Shown here: positions 30,601-33,404 of the stretch, one piece after another
Numbering within the stretch: position 1 is the first letter of the stretch
Layout of the letters: the number at the start of each line of letters is the position of its first letter
Origin: an uncultured Bacilli bacterium
GTDB lineage: Bacteria; Bacillota_I; Bacilli_A; RF39; UBA660
Length of the DNA stretch: 33,404 nt
Assembly: GCA_947623755.1 (NCBI GenBank)
Contig: CANQHB010000001.1
Span: forward strand, 1-33,404
Direction: 5' to 3'
The notes under the pieces: model-generated
The model's database searches: none
Told to the model about the DNA's origin: nothing
The model's input: the letters and a program-made list of their open reading frames with translations, nothing else
Made by a program: the position numbers and the translations under genes

Positions 30601-30871
30601 GTATGAAGAATGGTTTGAAAAACTAGCTAGTGACTTAAATATTACTAAAGTTACCCAAACTAAGAATTTTATTGAAGTTGACCTACCTCCCGAAGTATCT
30701 AATAATATAAAGGCCGATAAATTATTCTTAGAAAGTTATAATATTAATCCTAACTTAAAATATAAATATCAAAATAAATGTATCAAAATCTCTTTAATTA
30801 TTAAAAAAGACGATAAGCATTTCTTATATACTTTTGTCCCATTACTAGAATTAATTAAGTCCTACTTATAA
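27692..30871 (+). CDS. mfd: Transcription-repair coupling factor Mfd
   Basis: CarD/RID GDYVVHMAHGIGIY, helicase motif I GDVGFGKTEVAFRA, motif II VDEEQRFGV and motif VI QLYQIRGRVGRS. At 1059 aa it is shorter than the ~1150-1180 aa typical of Bacilli. Confidence 0.95.
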   Translation: MDFLTNYFKYDNNLTITGLTPTLAHFYVSKLFATKNQNILVLTSTLYEANELYRGIKNFVNNTYLFPMDDFLTSKALAISPELKTNRIETLEAIKDHKGIIVTNLMGYLKFLTDTNVQNKLNIKLSKNMDINRNKLIEILEELGYKRETIVTTTGEYAIRGFVIDIFVTLSDHPIRLEFFGNTIESIRYFDEETQMSISEIESIILIPNGEIKTAKNSSLFDYCANPIVVAVDENRLKASYQKLEEEMFEYRVSKDLDPNTKFMFSPSDIPVKYTIYLNFIDNKKTANSLNFTSQTLTNFNSDFTRLKEATKVWYNKGYEIIFYLSKPNQIKIIKEEIEVPYKVYNSYLEKGFIFDKHVVISENDIENIAKKEIRYKNSYKIGRKIKDINSLNIGDYVVHMAHGIGIYNGLKTLTQNGLAKDYIEILYDGNDKVYVPVEKMNTILKYASKDGLKPKINKLNSTSWAKTKRSVAKRIKDISEELLKLYAARLAMKKDAYESNPMEAEFAQSFEYIPTKDQEKAIAEISKDLSSPVPMDRLLCGDVGFGKTEVAFRAMFKTVLNNKQVFYLCPTTILSKQQYTSALNRFKDYPLNIALLNRFTSPKDTKQILADLQNGKIDIVFGTHRLLSDDVKFQKLGLLIVDEEQRFGVTHKEKIKSLKNDINVLTLSATPIPRTLKMAMSGLRDLSIIDTAPVNRYPIQTYVLANEDLIVKDAIYKELSRKGQIFVLYNNIEGLDSIIRKLSTLAPEARIVRAHGRMTKQELENIMQDFIDYKYDILVCTTIIETGIDIPNANTLIVYNADHFGLAQLYQIRGRVGRSNKIAYAYLLYDKSKVLNETAIKRLDAIKEFTELGSGYRIAMRDLAIRGAGDILGSEQAGFVDSVGINLYMQMIEEEMRRLKGEEVKEDTSKTALINVATHIADDYVLDDELKIEIHNKINEVSSKESFDRIKHELEDRFGKLNEDILIYMYEEWFEKLASDLNITKVTQTKNFIEVDLPPEVSNNIKADKLFLESYNINPNLKYKYQNKCIKISLIIKKDDKHFLYTFVPLLELIKSYL

Positions 30872-30911
30872 AATACTTGCTTTTTCTAAATAATATCTTT
30901 ATAATAATAAT

Positions 30912-30980
30912 ATAGGGGCGCCAAAGTGGTGTTCTCCTAGTACATGGAATAGTTGAACACCAAAGGTGTTCTATTTTTTT
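30912..30980 (+). ncRNA. Candidate small RNA unit 1 (own promoter, conserved 25-nt core, intrinsic terminator)
   Basis: Promoter TTGCTT-17-TATAAT (30877-30905). Core GGCGCCAAAGTGGTGTTCTCCTAGT (30917-30941). Terminator GAACACC-AAA-GGTGTTC plus TATTTTTTT (30955-30980). No ORF. Confidence 0.5.
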
Positions 30981-31025
30981 CAAAAAAGCTTGCATTTTTT
31001 CTCTCATATGTTATATAATATTACT

Positions 31026-31107
31026 AGGACATACAAAAAGAGGCGCCAAAGTGGTGTTCTCCTAGTCCAAGAACTGTTTGAACACCAAAAGGTGTTCTAT
31101 TTTTTTT
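31026..31107 (+). ncRNA. Candidate small RNA unit 2 (paralogue of unit 1)
   Basis: Promoter TTGCAT-18-TATAAT (30990-31019). Identical 25-nt core (31042-31066). Terminator GAACACC-AAAA-GGTGTTC plus TATTTTTTTT (31080-31107). The ends are estimates. Confidence 0.5.
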
Positions 31108-31168
31108 GGCCGTCGATAATTCTTATACAAAGTACAAGAATAACGACTAGTATTACTAAATACTCCAT
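31097..31168 (-). CDS. Candidate 23-aa hydrophobic peptide (type I toxin-like): MEYLVILVVILVLCIRIIDGQKK
   Basis: Hand-translated. AGGAGG lies 3 nt upstream of the ATG at 31168. One TM-length hydrophobic stretch is followed by a charged tail. The stop codon (31097-31099) sits in the 3' arm of the sRNA unit 2 terminator. An overlapping alternative 45-aa ORF (31062-31199) lies behind GGAGGTGAGG. Confidence 0.3.
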   Translation of the reverse strand: MEYLVILVVILVLCIRIIDGQKK

Positions 31169-31235
31169 AAACCTCCTGTAAAAATACAAAAGTAATCATG
31201 GACCTCACCTCCAATCTATAATTTAAAAAAACTAT

Positions 31236-31271
31236 GGACTAAAGGATAAAACACCAACATTGGTCGCCTCT
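31236..31271 (-). repeat. Third, inverted and diverged copy of the sRNA core, forming the 5' leader of the small-ORF transcript
   Basis: Minus strand: AGAGGCGACCAATGTTGGTGTTTTATCCTTTAGTCC, versus unit 2 AGAGGCGCCAAAGTGGTGTTCTCCTAGTCC. It is preceded by TTGCAT-18-TGgTAAAAT (31278-31307, minus strand), the same promoter architecture as unit 2. Confidence 0.5.
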
Positions 31272-31334
31272 AAAGCCATTTTACCATTAAAATAAACTAT
31301 AATGCAACAAAAATCGGTCGACAAAATTCGACAC

Positions 31335-31366
31335 AAAAAAAGTTAATAACTATCTTCTTATTAACT
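31335..31366 (-). terminator. Rho-independent terminator of the XRE gene
   Basis: Perfect 9-bp stem AGTTAATAA/TTATTAACT with an 8-nt loop, followed by T6 on the minus strand. It overlaps the stop codon. Confidence 0.65.
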
Positions 31367-31596
31367 TACTTTAATATACTTTTAGGATAGGGCTTTCTAA
31401 TATCAGTTCTCCCAATTAGATAATCAACAGACACCCCATAAAAATCCGCCAAAATATCAAGTCTTTCAATAGGAATAGATTGAATACCAAGCTCATATTT
31501 AGAATATTGTTGCTGAGTTGTATTTAGAAGTTTTGCTATATCCGATTGATTTAAGTCTTTATCTTCTCTAATCTCTTTAAGTTTAATAATATTCAT
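31366..31596 (-). CDS. XRE-family helix-turn-helix transcriptional regulator
   Basis: 76 aa with a canonical HTH_3 (LNQSDIAKLLNTTQQQYSKYELGIQSIPIERLDILADFYGVSVDYLIGRTD). Confidence 0.85.
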   Translation of the reverse strand: MNIIKLKEIREDKDLNQSDIAKLLNTTQQQYSKYELGIQSIPIERLDILADFYGVSVDYLIGRTDIRKPYPKSILK

Positions 31597-31642
31597 ATTA
31601 AATACCTCTATTCTATATTATACTTACACTTAAAAAAGCGTA

Positions 31643-31671
31643 TTGACTTTAAACCTTATAAGGCGTATAAT
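31643..31671 (+). promoter_or_regulatory. Promoter TTGACT-17-TATAAT of the 502-aa gene with a 10-bp palindrome (CCTTATAAGG) in its spacer
   Basis: The -35 is at 31643-31648 and the -10 at 31666-31671. The palindrome is at 31654-31663. GCGTAT is directly repeated at 31638-31643 and 31663-31668. Confidence 0.55.
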
Positions 31672-31740
31672 AATATAAAAGTACACCTAATGAAATGTAA
31701 TTGTAAATGAAGTAGCACTTAATGAATAGGAGTAGGGAAG

Positions 31741-33249
31741 ATGAAAATTGAGAAATTAAATTATGGAAAAGAAAAAAATAAAAGAATGTTTTTATATGGC
31801 TTCATAGTGGCAGTAGTACTTCTTATTTTAGTAAATATCATTGCTAGTAAAGCCATGTACCGAAGAACTGAAAGTGTGCAGTTAGCAACCGGAACAGTCA
31901 ATTATTCCTTAGCTGATTTAAATATTATAGCTATGTATCAAGAAAAAGACAGTTATAATACTGAAGAAGATAAATATAAAAGTATTGAAGAAATACCAAC
32001 AAAAGGATATACTTTAAATAAAGAAAAATCCGTATGTAAAGTAAATAATGATAAAGAAGAAGAAATAGAAATAAAAATTATAAATAACAAAATAACAATA
32101 TCTAATATGACAAAGAAAGGTACAAAATGTTATTTATATTTTGATAAATATGTTAAATCTGGAATGCAAACATTAGCAGATTTGAAATTAAATAAAGATG
32201 GAATACTAGGAGATTCCGTAACAGGAACAGCATGTAATAATGGTTGTACAATAACAAATCAAAATGGAATATATGAAACCGAAGATGATGATGGAAAAAG
32301 TTATATATTCCGTGGAACAGTTGATAATAACTGGTTAAAGTTTGGAAAAATTAAAAATAGCCCAAATGATATCTGGTGGCGGATAATCCGGATAAATGGT
32401 GATGGAACAATAAGAATAATTTATGCCGGCGAAGGAACAAATTTTGGTACAACAGGAAATGGGACAAATGCATTGAATTATGTAGCATATAATACAAATT
32501 ATAATGATAATACGTATGTAGGTTATTACTATGGTTCAACAGGTGGAAACGATTTTAAAGCAACTCATTCAAATAGTACACCAAGTGATATAGCCAGTGC
32601 AACAAACAATTGGTTTAGTAACACTACTAATTTAAATGAAACCACTCAATTAAATCATATTGATGAAAATGCGGGATTTTGCAATAATAGACAAATTAGT
32701 ACAAATGTTAGAGAATGGTGGACAGGTGAAGGAACTGCAGATAGAGGAACCGGAACAGTAGTAACAGCTTACAAAGGAATGTATAATACCCAAACTGCCA
32801 CAGCAGTTTGGCGAACAGATGTAAATTATGCAAGTTTAAAGTGTAGTAGTAGTGCTAATAATTTTGAAGATAATGAAGATTATAAAAGAGATTATTATAC
32901 ATTAAAAGAAAAAGCAACAAGAGGTAATAAAGCTTTAGATTATCCAGTAGGACAAATTACCATGGATGAAGTAATACTTGCAGGAGGATTTGGAGGAAAA
33001 TCAAACTCTGGATATTGGTTAACTTCCAAAACTACCTATTGGACAATGTCTCCACGTTACATGTTCACCCTGAGTTATGTAGGCATGTTCACTGTGAATA
33101 GTAACGGCTACCTCGGCGACATTAAGGCGGACGACACTACTATTGGTATTCGCCCCGTAATCAATCTAAAACCTGATAACGTAACATTGCAAAATCCTAA
33201 TGGAGATAATAAAGGAACAACGTCAAATCCTTATATAGTTAGTGATTAA
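31741..33249 (+). CDS. Membrane-anchored secreted protein of unknown function (N-terminal signal-anchor, Asn/Thr/Gly-rich ectodomain)
   Basis: Lys-rich N-terminus followed by a TM segment, FLYGFIVAVVLLILVNIIA. The C-terminal block YWLTSKTTYWTMSP...IGIRPVINLKP recalls the W-x-x-SP ... G-(V/I)-RP-x-(L/I) signature of uncharacterised Firmicute surface-protein domains (DUF6273-like, from memory). RBS GGAGTAGGGAAG. Confidence 0.7.
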   Translation: MKIEKLNYGKEKNKRMFLYGFIVAVVLLILVNIIASKAMYRRTESVQLATGTVNYSLADLNIIAMYQEKDSYNTEEDKYKSIEEIPTKGYTLNKEKSVCKVNNDKEEEIEIKIINNKITISNMTKKGTKCYLYFDKYVKSGMQTLADLKLNKDGILGDSVTGTACNNGCTITNQNGIYETEDDDGKSYIFRGTVDNNWLKFGKIKNSPNDIWWRIIRINGDGTIRIIYAGEGTNFGTTGNGTNALNYVAYNTNYNDNTYVGYYYGSTGGNDFKATHSNSTPSDIASATNNWFSNTTNLNETTQLNHIDENAGFCNNRQISTNVREWWTGEGTADRGTGTVVTAYKGMYNTQTATAVWRTDVNYASLKCSSSANNFEDNEDYKRDYYTLKEKATRGNKALDYPVGQITMDEVILAGGFGGKSNSGYWLTSKTTYWTMSPRYMFTLSYVGMFTVNSNGYLGDIKADDTTIGIRPVINLKPDNVTLQNPNGDNKGTTSNPYIVSD

Positions 33250-33310
33250 TTCTTCTTGCCAATATTGCTTTTCTTATTCAAATATTGGCAAGATATGATT
33301 ATCTTTTTAT

Positions 33311-33338
33311 GGTAGAGTTAAACTCTACCTCTTTTTTT
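33311..33338 (+). terminator. Rho-independent terminator after the 502-aa gene
   Basis: GGTAGAG-TTAAA-CTCTACC followed by TCTTTTTTT. A separate perfect 12-bp-stem hairpin precedes it: CTTGCCAATATT (33255-33266) pairs with AATATTGGCAAG (33281-33292). Confidence 0.7.
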
Positions 33339-33404
33339 AAATTCCTAAGTATAAAAAAATTTACTTCGCTAATATTAATATTAGAAATGGAGTTGTATTA
33401 CTTG

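Noticed and set aside
30917-31066. Attempt to assign the repeated 25-nt core to a known small riboswitch class (preQ1-I, fluoride/crcB, guanidine-II/III).
   Set aside because: The remembered consensus features are not present: the preQ1 P1 AGAGG/CCUCU with an A-rich tail, the crcB GGCGAUGGnGUUCGCC pattern, and the ACGR loops. Units 1 and 2 also have no downstream gene to regulate. The element is left unclassified.
30966-31181. 71-aa plus-strand ORF downstream of mfd.
   Set aside because: It starts inside the sRNA unit 1 terminator, reads through the unit 2 promoter, core and terminator, and has no RBS. The repeat/terminator architecture explains the region better.

Overview
This window is the chromosomal replication-origin region of a low-GC (about 30% by eye) Bacillota-type genome that uses the standard genetic code; all long ORFs are intact with TGA as a stop. 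Three parts can be told apart.

(1) 1 to ~7640, all on the minus strand, is an accessory defence/mobile island. It contains a decayed HTH replication-like gene and a BcgI-like type IIB restriction-modification operon (HTH controller, fused nuclease-methylase, two-TRD specificity subunit). It also carries a Fic-domain protein, an AbiEi/AbiEii module and a frameshifted TnpV-like remnant. The island abuts a truncated Amidase_3 gene.

(2) ~7930 to 30871 is conserved origin core. Minus strand: RNA m5C methyltransferase, jag, yidC, rnpA, rpmH and a small orphan gene. A DnaA-box cluster (oriC) sits at the strand switch. Plus strand: dnaA, dnaN, a ComK-family gene, recF, gyrB, gyrA, an extremely AT-rich spacer with five clustered parS palindromes, small SRP RNA, tadA, dnaX, ybaB, recR, a bofA-like gene, holB, yaaT/ricT, a tRNA m6A methyltransferase, pth and mfd.

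(3) 30872 to the end is a second accessory stretch. It has two tandem promoter-plus-terminator sRNA-like units and a third, inverted copy of the same leader in front of tiny ORFs, one a 23-aa hydrophobic peptide (type I toxin-antitoxin-like architecture). These are followed by an XRE regulator and a divergent 502-aa membrane-anchored secreted protein.

Several ORF-track starts look too long, because RBS-supported internal starts exist (HTH controller, Fic, ComK-like, gyrA, tadA, pth, bofA-like). Everything here comes from reading the sequence; no searches or folding programs were run.
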